NCBI GenBank assembly: GCA_031411295.1
Contig: JANOAV010000053.1
Span: 1-60,582 of the forward strand
Reading direction: 5' to 3'
DNA: 60,582 bases
Origin: Verrucomicrobiales bacterium
GTDB lineage: Bacteria > Verrucomicrobiota > Verrucomicrobiia > Verrucomicrobiales > V1-33
Position numbers and translations under genes: made by a program. The notes under the pieces are model-generated. The model was not told the DNA's origin. It saw nothing but the letters and a program-made list of their open reading frames with translations, and made no database searches. This document shows positions 6,559 to 16,155 of this stretch, in pieces (the stretch's first letter is position 1; each line of letters starts with the position of its first letter).

Positions 6559-8456
6559 TTACCAACTCACGCGGAGCCCTATGAGAGCGCTTTGGCTCTG
6601 ATAGTTGTCGCGGCCGAAATCTGCCTGATAAGCGAGATAGCCTGCGTAGCGTTTCCAGGCGATGTGCAGCGCGGCGGTGAGCAGCACGCTGTCGCGTTCG
6701 ATTTTAGGGCCGTAAACGGTGAAGACTCGACTGGGATCATTTGAGAAGCGGGCATCAAAGGGGAGTTCGTCATCGAGAAATTCATGCTGCCACTGGGCAC
6801 TGATCGATGGGGTGATACGTGCGCCCCCCCAGAAGGAAGTGTGGGCTAGCCGTGGTCCTATGCGGCTGCGGAGCGAACTGGCGCTTTGGGATTCGATCGT
6901 CAGGGGCACCAGCGACCCAACTTCATCGTAGCCATCAATACCCACAACGGTGTATAGTAGCGAGGCCATGGGCGTGAATGTCCAGCCTTCGTGATGGATG
7001 TCGTAGCCCACGCCCAGATAGCTATCGAACTGAGTGCCACTGGTGGAACCACTGGCGGTGCCGAGAAAGGCACTGCGTTCGATGTCATAGTGGCTGGCAC
7101 CACCGCCAACGAGGCCCTCTGTGTAGAAGCCTCCGTGGTGATACATTCCATATAACGCAGCCTTGCCACCGTCCGCCTCCACCTCGCCGCCATTAATAGG
7201 GTCACCTTTGGAACGGGCATAACCCACAGTCAGGCCCCCGACAAAATGTTCGCTCAGTCGCATGTCAATGCCAAGGTTGACGCCCATCGCTTCGCCTTCG
7301 TAATTGTTATTCTCTCCGGCTGTGATCGAATCACCTGTGCCGGTCAAAAAGAAACCCAGTCGGTCGTCCTCGGCGCGCTGCGCTTCAGTGGTGACCATAT
7401 CATCAACCGTGATTGGATCCTTGCCTCCAATGGGGCCCTTTCCGCCGATGGGACTCTTGCCTCCAATGGGGCTCTTGCCTCCAATGGGACTTTTGCCCAT
7501 GGGGGCGTTGTTGTAAGCGGCAGGAGCAGTAGAACCAAGAGGTCCTTGGCGAAGGTCCGCGAAGCGCTGCTGGACGCTGAAAACCTCGGTGTCGAACTGG
7601 GCGAAACCCTGCCTGTAGATAGAGGTCAGGCCAGGCAGAGAATTCACATTCGTTAATTTGCCCGCGAGAATGAGTGCGGCCTTCATTTCCTCAATTCTGG
7701 TCTTGCTGGTGCCGGTTCCTGTTCCCGTGCCTGGATTTGTTCCATTACCAGTGCCGGTGTCCAGTTCCTTACAAATCGCTGCAGCAATGATGTTGGTATC
7801 CAGGGTCACGGCTCCATTCAACGCCAGAAGCCGACCATTCACGGTGGCTCCGGTGTTGCTGTAATAGACGTCGAAGCCAAGACGGTGCCTACGAAGACGG
7901 AATTGGTGCCAAGGGTAGCTGAACTACCGACTTGCCAAAAGATTCTACAGCCATCGGCTCCGTTGAGTAGGACAATCGAACTATTCGAGGCCGTGCCTAG
8001 GGTTGAGCCTGACTGGAATATCCAAACTGCGTTGGGGTTCCCACCAGCGTCCAACGTGAGCATTCCGGTAAGGCCGAACGAGGTGGGATTATTGTAAACG
8101 CCAGAGGTCAGCGTCAGCCCACCGAGATCGAAAGCCGGGGAATAAACCACATTGGCCGCACGGCCAGCGGCGTCATTGAAGGCGTTCACCATGCCGAGCT
8201 TGGCACCCTGGGTAATCGCGTTCCCCCCGTGATTAGTTCCGTTCAACGTAACGCTACCGAAGCCCGTCTGGCTGGTGGTGGGAAACGACCCAACGTTTCC
8301 GGATATGCTGGTGGCACCGGTGTTCGTGATCCCGGAGCCTGCCGCCACAGCAAAGGGCTCAGCGTTTCCGAGGTTTACAGTCTGTGCTGCAGCCTCGTTC
8401 CGAAGGATCGCCGTCGTTACGGCAAGAGTTAAGATAATGGGGCGACGTAGATCCAT
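6559..8456 (-). pseudogene. Ice-binding (DUF3494-like) passenger plus autotransporter beta-barrel, split by a 1-nt frameshift near 7856-7857
   Basis: ORF 7839..8456 has a signal peptide and DUF3494 motifs (VNLG.A..FAV.AGSGITNTG, LTLDAGGNPNAVWIFQ, IFWQVGSSATLGT). ORF 6559..7842 continues NGRLLALNGAVTLDTN and ends in a barrel with C-terminal W. Adding one A restores SITANTGATVNGR. Confidence 0.85.
7412..7500 (-). repeat. 18-bp coding tandem repeat (GGKSPI-like, 5 units) in the autotransporter linker
   Basis: MGKSPIGGKSPIGGKSPIGGKGPIGGKDPI. Confidence 0.9.
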
Positions 8457-8773
8457 AGTAGTTATTTGTGTGGTGAGTGGGACAGACCGCCAGTTTTAGT
8501 CCAGCCTGTGGTCACCTTTAATACTTATGAGGAGAATATTCTGTGGGGTGAACACCCCATGCCCAAGACGGAAAACCAAAGTGCCATCTGCATCATTGAA
8601 GGAACCACTAGCGGTCCACTAGAATATCCATAGCTCCACCCCAAGGACTACCCGATATCGTTTCCGTCCCGCCGATTTGGAGACCGTGGTTTACTGCCAT
8701 GTGGTTTCCCGGTCACTTCGTTGGGATACCGGGAGGTATCGCTGGCGCTCAACTCCTGGCTAATTTCTGAGAT

Positions 8774-8843
8774 CCCTCCGGGATCATCTCATCTCATCTT
8801 GAACCCGACCCTCCGGGATCATCTCATCTCATCTTGAACCCGA
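8774..8843. repeat. Exact 35-bp tandem duplication
   Basis: CCCTCCGGGATCATCTCATCTCATCTTGAACCCGA at 8774-8808 and 8809-8843. Confidence 0.95.
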
Positions 8844-8856
8844 ACGCGGCATTTGA

Positions 8857-8984
8857 AATGTAGTTATGGACTTCAGTCCGTAACCACAAGGATCGAACGC
8901 GGATCAAACGAACACACGTTTTGTGGAACCAATACGCGCGTCTGTTTCTGATGGGTGCGGACTAAAGAAGTCCGGCACTACATT
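8857..8984. repeat. Inverted pair of GTAG-type REP-like palindromes
   Basis: AATGTAGT..GGACTTCAGTCCG ... CGGACTAAAGAAGTCC..ACTACATT. Confidence 0.6.
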
Positions 8985-9251
8985 CTTAAACGCCATTTTC
9001 GGGCTCAAAGTGGGACCCCAACGCAGGTGGAATCACGAATGCTTCCTTTCAGCCCACAATTCCTTGCCACCTCCCGCGCCTCCACCCCGCAGACCCCTTC
9101 CGCGGTAGCTCCTCCAGACCGCTGAATGAAGTCGCAAACAACGATCCAGAGGAGCCGCGGAAGAGGCAGAGTCAACCGCCGCCAACCCAGCTCCCTAAGC
9201 CGGGTCGGCTGACGCATCTTCTATGGAGAACCCTCAGCCTGCCAGCAGAAA

Positions 9252-9530
9252 TTACGCTCCACCCGTGCTTGCGTTCGGTGGCCTCATGGCTCCGCAGAGG
9301 CAACGCGGGCAGAGGTGATGCTTCCGCCAGAGCCGCACCGAATGCTCCGCGTGATTGCCGCACAGCGGCACCGCCAGTTTCCCTTCCACCCAACCCTCAT
9401 ACGCCACATCCTGCAGTTCCACACACGAGTCACAATAAATCGTCACCGTCGGAGGCGACGCGTTCCGATCCTCCCCACCCACCACATGCCCGGTAAAGGC
9501 ACAGAAGGAGCATGTGTAAAATGTTCTCAT
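9252..9530 (-). CDS. Small Cys-rich (zinc-ribbon-like) hypothetical protein
   Basis: 92 aa with CSFC, CDSC, CGNH and CPRC motifs; ATG start. Confidence 0.55.
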   Translation of the reverse strand: MRTFYTCSFCAFTGHVVGGEDRNASPPTVTIYCDSCVELQDVAYEGWVEGKLAVPLCGNHAEHSVRLWRKHHLCPRCLCGAMRPPNASTGGA

Positions 9531-9742
9531 CCCTGAGAATAAATCCTACGCCCTGCCCGACAACTTTTAAATTCCTCGCCACCCGCCTCATTTCACCGTA
9601 GTCCAGCGGACTGCTTCCACACTCCCACCCCTGATCCGTGTTTCCCTGTTTATCCACACGAATTACGCACCTCAACCTTGTCATCCTTCGCTCTCACTGT
9701 TCCATTGTGCTTGCCTCCGCTTCTCTCAGTGAATGTGCACGC

Positions 9743-9823
9743 CCGGATGGTGACGCGCTCGTTGTAAATGACGGTGGTTTTGTCGTTGATGGATTTGTTG
9801 GTCTCGGGGTCGCGCGTTTTGGC
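9743..9823 (-). pseudogene. C-terminal-region fragment of a type ISP (LlaGI-like) restriction-modification enzyme
   Basis: AKTRDPETNKSINDKTTVIYNERVTI resembles the DKTTVIYN..IT motif of the type ISP C-terminal domain (recognised from memory). Confidence 0.6.
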
Positions 9824-9828
9824 GACCC

Positions 9829-10542
9829 TCAATTCCGGCTTAGCCATAGGTGTCGGATTTCTATCAACGGTGCTGGCTGTCCATTTTCTATGTAGCTAAA
9901 GATTCTAGCATGTTGCGTGGTGTGCACCGGCTCGGCATCAGTCGTAGCAGGAGATCGGTCGCAAGGGATGGGCAGCTGCTTGACTTTGAATTCTTCCGAG
10001 CGGGATTCGAGCGTTTTGATCAATTTAGGATCAATTTTGTAACCAGGACTGGCGTAGCCGATCATCATGGCACTGGTCATGGCCCAGGCGTAGTCACCAC
10101 GGATGAAACGAGCGATACCCTTGGCCCCATAATGAACGCCAACTGTGTGAGCTTCATCCACAGGTTTGCATTCGACGAAGAGCCAGTCCTGAGTCCTCAA
10201 CAAGACGTCACGACGACCTTTGATCGCCACCAGCAAGTCTGGCATCAAATCGGGCTTGGTGCCGTCGAAGTTTGGCACCTTGGACTCCCGTGTTCCAAGA
10301 GTGAACCGATCATCATCGAATCCATCCACGATCCCTTTGTCGAAGACCTCGTCGTAAATCACTTTGTAGAACTGTAGCGTGACCGAATCTTCTTCAGCTG
10401 TTTTGAGATCAAAATCGGGAATGACTTTGCCTTTCAGGCGCTGCCAGGAAACTCGGAGGGCGTCTTCTACGACGAGGAACATCGCGAGCGGCAGTGGCTT
10501 GTGAGGTAGCTCGATCTCATCTTGGTAGAATCCTTGGGCCAT
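9829..10542 (-). CDS. Putative PD-(D/E)xK nuclease-fold protein
   Basis: RE...MPDLLV...WLFVECKP motif and GIARF..GDYA; 3 nt downstream of the methyltransferase gene. Confidence 0.65.
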   Translation of the reverse strand: MAQGFYQDEIELPHKPLPLAMFLVVEDALRVSWQRLKGKVIPDFDLKTAEEDSVTLQFYKVIYDEVFDKGIVDGFDDDRFTLGTRESKVPNFDGTKPDLMPDLLVAIKGRRDVLLRTQDWLFVECKPVDEAHTVGVHYGAKGIARFIRGDYAWAMTSAMMIGYASPGYKIDPKLIKTLESRSEEFKVKQLPIPCDRSPATTDAEPVHTTQHARIFSYIENGQPAPLIEIRHLWLSRN

Positions 10543-10545
10543 GAC

Positions 10546-13500
10546 TTAGTCCTCAAATTGGGTCATGTAGTCACGCAGAATGTCCGCTCCGAGCAATCGC
10601 GCCCGGCTGGGTGTCCAGTAACGATACTGGCGTAGGATGGCGATCAAGAGACCGCCTTCGATTTCCTCGATGACTTGGGTAGCTCCCGTCTGATTGGCGA
10701 GAGGGATCACCTTGGTCTGAAAAAGCTCGGTTGGCTCAGGGGCCTGAATGCCCTTGCTCGTCAGGGTAAAGGCAACAAAGGGACTCGTCAGATCTTCCGA
10801 GGGCTTCCATAATGTAATCTCTGGGTGCTTGCCCAGCGCTTTGAAGAAGGGGCGCAGGTGGGATTCCAGACGACGGACAAACGCACTGCGCTCTAACTTT
10901 GTGGGTGGCTCGCTCGCTCGTTTGCCTAGCTCGTCATTGGGTTCCCGCACTTTTAGCGTGTCCTTGATGACTTCGACATCCGATGCGCTCAGACCGTATA
11001 GCTTGCCAAAGAAGGTGTCGATCTCGACGAACACTGCGGGGTCTTCGTTGATCAATCGGGAGGAAAGATCACAAACAGTCTGTTTGTCATCCGCGGTGAG
11101 GCAATCCCACGCCACAAATGCCGCGTTATCGAAATCTCGTTTCTGAAACTTGGGGCGTTCCATTCCAATCTCTGCACTCGTCATCAGAGCGAAAAACATG
11201 AGCAAATCACAGTGAACCCAAAGCTGGACGTATCGAGCCAGCAGATCCCCCTCTGGATGGCCTTTGGCTGAGTAGCCGTAGTAGCTTTCGCAAAATGCGA
11301 CATCGTCAGCGCAGTAAAGTGCCCTCCCAAGTCTACGATCATCACCTGGCGACACAGAAATTAATGCCAAGGGGCCTCTATAGATGCAAAGGGCGTCTTT
11401 CTTGCCTTTCTTGAAGCGAGTCCGAAAAAGGGTCTTAAGCTCAAACTTGCCGAGCTTTGAAGCCTTCACAATGAACCTATCCTCGGGGGTGGATTGCAGA
11501 TTTGGCCAGCCCAGCAAGAGCGATGCATCTTTGCGCTCGTCCTCACCTTCGACTGTTTGGTAGCCTTGGCTTGAGCAGAGCTTCAACTCATTCTTCCAGT
11601 AGTTTTTGAAAGCTCGAGGAACTGCATTCTTTATTTTCCGCACCACTTCCACGTCCAGCGCCGTGCCCACAGCGAGTGCCTTCCACAGCCACGGATCTTC
11701 GATGGTCTGGTCAACATCGACAAGCTGGGAGGACTTGGAATCTATGCGCATCTCACCGAGGCTGTTGGCGTGTAGATCCGTGTGAGGCGAGATGAAATGC
11801 AGACGGTGATGCGGCTTTGGCCGCCGGTTCCGGGCAAAGAGTAGCATGAAGGGCTGGTCCATGTCTGGCCATATCTGGGTCTTGCGGAGGTTGGAGCAGT
11901 TGATGATACCATTGACCTCCAGAAGACGGAAGAGTGCCTTGCGGGTTACTTCCGCCATCGGTCCTTGTTTGAACAAGGTGCGGGCGGGCAGGGCCATGGC
12001 GATGCGTCCGTCAGGCTTACACCATTCCATCGACCGCCAGATGAAGGGCAGGTCCGGAACACTGTCGGGGTTCCTGTAGGTTTTCCCGATCTCAGGATCG
12101 AGACGGGTAACAATGGCTTGGCTGATCCGATCCAGTTCTGCTGAGACACTAGCGTATTCTTTGCCAATGTTTGTCCAAGGCGGATTGCATAGAATGAGAT
12201 CAAACTGGCCGTTGAAGCTGTTGCCGACATGATCACCAATACTGCCAACGACTGGGCCTTTTTCTTTGTCGTCCTTTTTGCGCCAGTCAAACAGGATGGC
12301 GCTTTTGCCTAAACAGAGAGCTTTGAACTTTAGTTTCTCTGGAGGCACCGGATCAGGGTCTAGTTCAATCGCTGTAAGGTAGAGACTAAGGGCAGAGAGC
12401 TTGAGGGCGGAATCGCAGATGTCGAAACCCACCAACTGATTTTCCAGAATGCTGCGAATCGCCTCGGTGCCGGGGCGTTCGCCAGTGTGCCTCCAAAGCT
12501 CCCCATAAAGCCGACGAAACGCGAGCACGAGAAATACCGAGGCACCACAGGCTGGATCGAGAACTTTGGCAGCGTGAGTGCTCGCGAGGTTGTCGAAAGC
12601 CTCTCCAACCAGCGTGGCGGCAATAGTTCGCGGCGTGTAATGGACGCTTGTCTTTTTGGAGCGCTCCGCGTGCCACTTCCAGGACAGTTCCTCATACACC
12701 TGGCTCAGCAGTCCAACAGGGATGTGGGAATAGTCGAGGTGGCCCCAGACATGCCCGCGTCCTTCAAGGTCCAGTCGCCCTTGGTAGTCTTCCCCTTTGG
12801 TAGCTTCTTCGCCCATCAGGAGGGCGGTCAAATGGCGGAAGACCTTTTGGCCTGTGGATTTGCCTTTTGCCTCGAAGAATTCTGCATCACCTGAGTCTGT
12901 AAGTGGTAGGAAGTCGCCATTGAATGTTTTGTCAAGCCAACGGCAGGTTGAGGCAGTGTTCGCGGCATTTGCAAAACATTGGGCTAACGAAGTGGCCTTT
13001 TTGGCGATGTTCGGCGTATTCGCCTCCTTAATGATTCCGCGATCCCTTAAGAAGCGGAAGAATAGAACACGACCAACGAGTGATATCACATCCGAACGTT
13101 TAATTTTGAGGTTTGCGAGGCTGGTTGATGCCTTGTCCACCAAAGCAAAGATCTCCTTGAACAAATAATCCACCTCGCCCCCAGCAGGCAACTCATCGAA
13201 GGTGCCTTGCGCGAGACGTGAGAAGAAGGAGATAGCATCGGGGGAGTCAGCCTTAACCGTGAAAGGCTTCCAGTCTGGCGTCTGATCTTTCAAGCTTACT
13301 GAAATAACATCCAGTGTGCCGGGCCGGATAATCGCCAGATAGGCCCGATCTCCTCGGCAAGCCAGAGCCCGGCGGAGATCGCTGATCTGTTGGCGGTTTT
13401 CATCTGGTGCATCCGCCAATCGCGTTTGGCTGACGAAAAAGAGCAGGGGGCGTTCTTGGTTCTCCACAACTCCATCAGGGCGAAGCAGTCGTTCAGCCAA

Positions 13501-13638
13501 AGGCCCCTGTGGATTAATGAGGTCCAGATAATCGAGCTGAGTTGGAATGGGATCCCCTCGGAACCACTGCACGCTGGCCTTCCCGATGCCATAGCGTGGC
13601 AATTCGGTAGCAAGGTCGATGGATCGTGAGGTTAGCAT
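10546..13638 (-). CDS. Large N6-adenine DNA methyltransferase (type IIG/HsdM-like, gamma-class motif order)
   Basis: HYTP, motif I VLDPACGASVFL, GFDI and motif IV CNPPW, followed by a long C-terminal specificity-like region; 1030 aa. Confidence 0.88.
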   Translation of the reverse strand: MLTSRSIDLATELPRYGIGKASVQWFRGDPIPTQLDYLDLINPQGPLAERLLRPDGVVENQERPLLFFVSQTRLADAPDENRQQISDLRRALACRGDRAYLAIIRPGTLDVISVSLKDQTPDWKPFTVKADSPDAISFFSRLAQGTFDELPAGGEVDYLFKEIFALVDKASTSLANLKIKRSDVISLVGRVLFFRFLRDRGIIKEANTPNIAKKATSLAQCFANAANTASTCRWLDKTFNGDFLPLTDSGDAEFFEAKGKSTGQKVFRHLTALLMGEEATKGEDYQGRLDLEGRGHVWGHLDYSHIPVGLLSQVYEELSWKWHAERSKKTSVHYTPRTIAATLVGEAFDNLASTHAAKVLDPACGASVFLVLAFRRLYGELWRHTGERPGTEAIRSILENQLVGFDICDSALKLSALSLYLTAIELDPDPVPPEKLKFKALCLGKSAILFDWRKKDDKEKGPVVGSIGDHVGNSFNGQFDLILCNPPWTNIGKEYASVSAELDRISQAIVTRLDPEIGKTYRNPDSVPDLPFIWRSMEWCKPDGRIAMALPARTLFKQGPMAEVTRKALFRLLEVNGIINCSNLRKTQIWPDMDQPFMLLFARNRRPKPHHRLHFISPHTDLHANSLGEMRIDSKSSQLVDVDQTIEDPWLWKALAVGTALDVEVVRKIKNAVPRAFKNYWKNELKLCSSQGYQTVEGEDERKDASLLLGWPNLQSTPEDRFIVKASKLGKFELKTLFRTRFKKGKKDALCIYRGPLALISVSPGDDRRLGRALYCADDVAFCESYYGYSAKGHPEGDLLARYVQLWVHCDLLMFFALMTSAEIGMERPKFQKRDFDNAAFVAWDCLTADDKQTVCDLSSRLINEDPAVFVEIDTFFGKLYGLSASDVEVIKDTLKVREPNDELGKRASEPPTKLERSAFVRRLESHLRPFFKALGKHPEITLWKPSEDLTSPFVAFTLTSKGIQAPEPTELFQTKVIPLANQTGATQVIEEIEGGLLIAILRQYRYWTPSRARLLGADILRDYMTQFED

Positions 13639-13795
13639 TTCTGTTTTGTGGTGCTCTACCGTAAAGGAACAAGGATCAAGTCTGTCAAGAAATGGTTCAG
13701 AGTATCAAACAATTTTTCTTGGTCGCAAGCCATGAGCGCTCCACGGTCTGAATTTTTTGAGCCGAGGCTCCACCTTGGTATCCGCGGATGCCTGG

Positions 13796-13948
13796 TGCGT
13801 AAAGCCACACGTCGCTATAGAGATCGGCATAGGAGGGCTCGAATCGGAAATAGGTGCGGATGAGTTCCTCGAAGTAGGTGCCTTTCTCCCGCTCGGTCTG
13901 TGAAATGGCGCGGTAATGTGTGAGGATGTCGGTGAGAGCGGAAATCAT
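13796..13948 (-). pseudogene. N-terminal fragment of a type ISP restriction-modification enzyme (Mrr-like nuclease start)
   Basis: MISALTDILTHYRAISQTEREKGTYFEELIRTYFRFEPSYADLYSDVWLYA, after which the similarity stops abruptly. Confidence 0.75.
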
Positions 13949-14035
13949 GCGCGGAGTATGGCGGAGCGGGCGGGTGGGTCAACTCTTGTTTGGCGGATGG
14001 GAGGCAGTTGGTGATTTTGGGCAGCGGGTTTTCAA

Positions 14036-14140
14036 TTCGTAAATCGTAAATCGTCATTCGTTACTCGTCATTCAAACTGAGCGGACGCACCTGCCCCGAA
14101 GGATTTACGATTAACGAGTGACAAACTACGATTTACGAAC
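14036..14140. repeat. Heptamer (ACGATTT/ACGAACT-like) short tandem repeats in inverted arrangement
   Basis: TTCGTAAATCGTAAATCGTCATTCGT ... GATTTACGATTAACGAGTGACAAACTACGATTTACGAA. The same motif occurs at 5703-5724, about 14382-14402 and 16282-16303. Confidence 0.7.
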
Positions 14141-14171
14141 CGGATGAACTGTCGGTCACCAGAGGCAGGCT

Positions 14172-14303
14172 GTGGGGTGGCGTTGGTTTGGCGGAAGTGA
14201 TGGCGTGTTCCGGCTCGGCCATGGCTCCCGGCTGAGGACAGCCGGGACACTTTCTTGGGAATGTGTGCCGACTGTCCTCAGTCGGCAGCATCCCGCAGCC
14301 AAC
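14172..14303 (+). repeat. Dispersed ~132-bp REP/REPIN-like element, copy 2
   Basis: Direct-orientation copy of 5569-5701. Confidence 0.85.
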
Positions 14304-14490
14304 ATGCTGTGGAGCAGGACTGCGGGGAAGGATTTAAGAGTAACGATTGATCCGTTCTCCGTAGCAAGACTGCGAAGGATGAACGAACTACGATCTGCGA
14401 AGTTTAGAGCAGGCTCCGCTGGTGCGCATGAGGGGGAAATAATGACGTGGGGCTTGCTTCGCTGGGTGGTTCCAGATACACCTTTCTCCT

Positions 14491-16155
14491 ATGGAAAAGA
14501 CCCCACCCTTGATGCGCCGCAGGCGTTGGCTTCCGCTTTTGCTCTTAGCTGCTTTTGTCCTGTGCTCGGCAGGCGTGTATCGGTATATCATCCATGGGGG
14601 CATGAGAGCGCGGCAGGTGCCGTCTGCCTTAGAGGCATCGGTAGCGCACTGGCTGCTGGATGCCAGCATTCCCAACGAGGCCCGGGCGCAGCGGAACCCT
14701 TTGTCAGCCATACCCGGATCGGCGGACGTGGCGTCCGGGCAGCAACTCTACGTGCAGCATTGCACCGCGTGTCATGGGGTGGATGGAACGGGGAAGACGG
14801 CTGCTGCGGACGGATTATTTCCTCCCGTGGTGGGGCTGAACCAAGCCGCCATCGCGAAACGCAAACGCACGGATGGGGAGATATTTTACCTGATCCGCAA
14901 CGGTATCAGAAATACAGGCATGCCGGGATGGCAGTTACCCGACCAGCAGACGTGGCAACTTGTTTGCTATATTCGCCAACTGCCCATCACCGTGGCCATG
15001 GATGTCAAGCCGATGGAAGCATATCCCCAAGGCGCTCACTACGCCGGTTCCACGTCCTGCAAATCCTGCCATGCAGAGATCTATGAGCGCTGGGTGAAGA
15101 CGCCCATGGCCAATGTGGTGCGGGACCCCAAGGTGCATCCAGAGGCCATTACCCCGGATCTCAGCAAGCCGGATCCACTGGTGAAATTCATCAAGGAGGA
15201 CATTGGGCTGGTCTATGGCTCCATTTGGAAGCAGCGGTATTTTAAGAAGGTGGGCGACGATTATTTCCCCTTCCCAGCCCAGTGGGATGTGACCAACAAG
15301 AAATGGAAGCCCTACCATGTGAAGGATGACTGGTGGGTGGCGCATTACCCGGAGGATAACATGGAACGCCCCACCAGCGCGCTCTGTGACGGGTGCCACT
15401 CGGTGAACTACGACATCAAAACAAAGCTGGTGAGCGAATGGAATGTGGGCTGTGAGAAATGTCATGGCGCAGGCAGTGAACATAATGTGAAGCCTACCGC
15501 GGGAAATATCATCAACCCTTCCCGCATGAACCTAACGGCAGCCAACGACACCTGCATTCAATGCCACTCCCAAGGGCGTCCGCTGCAAAACCCCATCGAA
15601 GGAAAGCATTATGACTGGCCGGTGGGCTTCGACATGACGAAGCACTTGAGCGATTACTGGAAACTGGAGGATCACAAGCTGGGCGAGACTACCTTTACGC
15701 ATTTTGCGGATGGCACGGCGCATAAGAATCGGATGCAGGGAAATGATTACGTGGGCAGTCAGATGTATGCCCACGGGGTGACGTGCTTCACGTGTCACGA
15801 TGCGCATGGCACCAGCAACCCCTCCAGTCTGCGCGCTCCGGCCCAGGAACTCTGCATTTCCTGCCACACCCCCGGCTCGGCCATTGGCCCGCGCGCCCCC
15901 ACGCTGCAAGAGCACACGCACCACGCGCCCACCAGCACGGGCAGCCAGTGCATTTCCTGTCACATGCCGAAGATAGCGCAAACGCTGGGGGAGGTGAATG
16001 TGCGCAGCCACACGTTCCGATTCGTCTCCCCTGCCAAGACGGAAACGGATAAAATCCCCAACGCCTGCAATGCCTGTCATGCGGACAAATCCACGACATG
16101 GGCGGCGGATAGCCTGAAATCCTGGGTGGAGTTATCACCCTGGCGGGTGCAGTGA
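14491..16155 (+). CDS. Membrane-anchored or exported multiheme c-type cytochrome (9 CxxCH)
   Basis: N-terminal hydrophobic anchor; CTACH, CKSCH, CDGCH, CEKCH, CIQCH, CFTCH, CISCH, CISCH and CNACH. Confidence 0.92.
   Translation: MEKTPPLMRRRRWLPLLLLAAFVLCSAGVYRYIIHGGMRARQVPSALEASVAHWLLDASIPNEARAQRNPLSAIPGSADVASGQQLYVQHCTACHGVDGTGKTAAADGLFPPVVGLNQAAIAKRKRTDGEIFYLIRNGIRNTGMPGWQLPDQQTWQLVCYIRQLPITVAMDVKPMEAYPQGAHYAGSTSCKSCHAEIYERWVKTPMANVVRDPKVHPEAITPDLSKPDPLVKFIKEDIGLVYGSIWKQRYFKKVGDDYFPFPAQWDVTNKKWKPYHVKDDWWVAHYPEDNMERPTSALCDGCHSVNYDIKTKLVSEWNVGCEKCHGAGSEHNVKPTAGNIINPSRMNLTAANDTCIQCHSQGRPLQNPIEGKHYDWPVGFDMTKHLSDYWKLEDHKLGETTFTHFADGTAHKNRMQGNDYVGSQMYAHGVTCFTCHDAHGTSNPSSLRAPAQELCISCHTPGSAIGPRAPTLQEHTHHAPTSTGSQCISCHMPKIAQTLGEVNVRSHTFRFVSPAKTETDKIPNACNACHADKSTTWAADSLKSWVELSPWRVQ

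Noticed and set aside
9100..9250. Integron attC site after the small Cys-rich ORF
   Set aside because: A hairpin is present, but I could not find properly paired RYYYAAC/GTTRRRY boxes or an integrase.
14172..15086. 304-aa ORF
   Set aside because: It starts inside a repeat element and overlaps the cytochrome gene out of frame.
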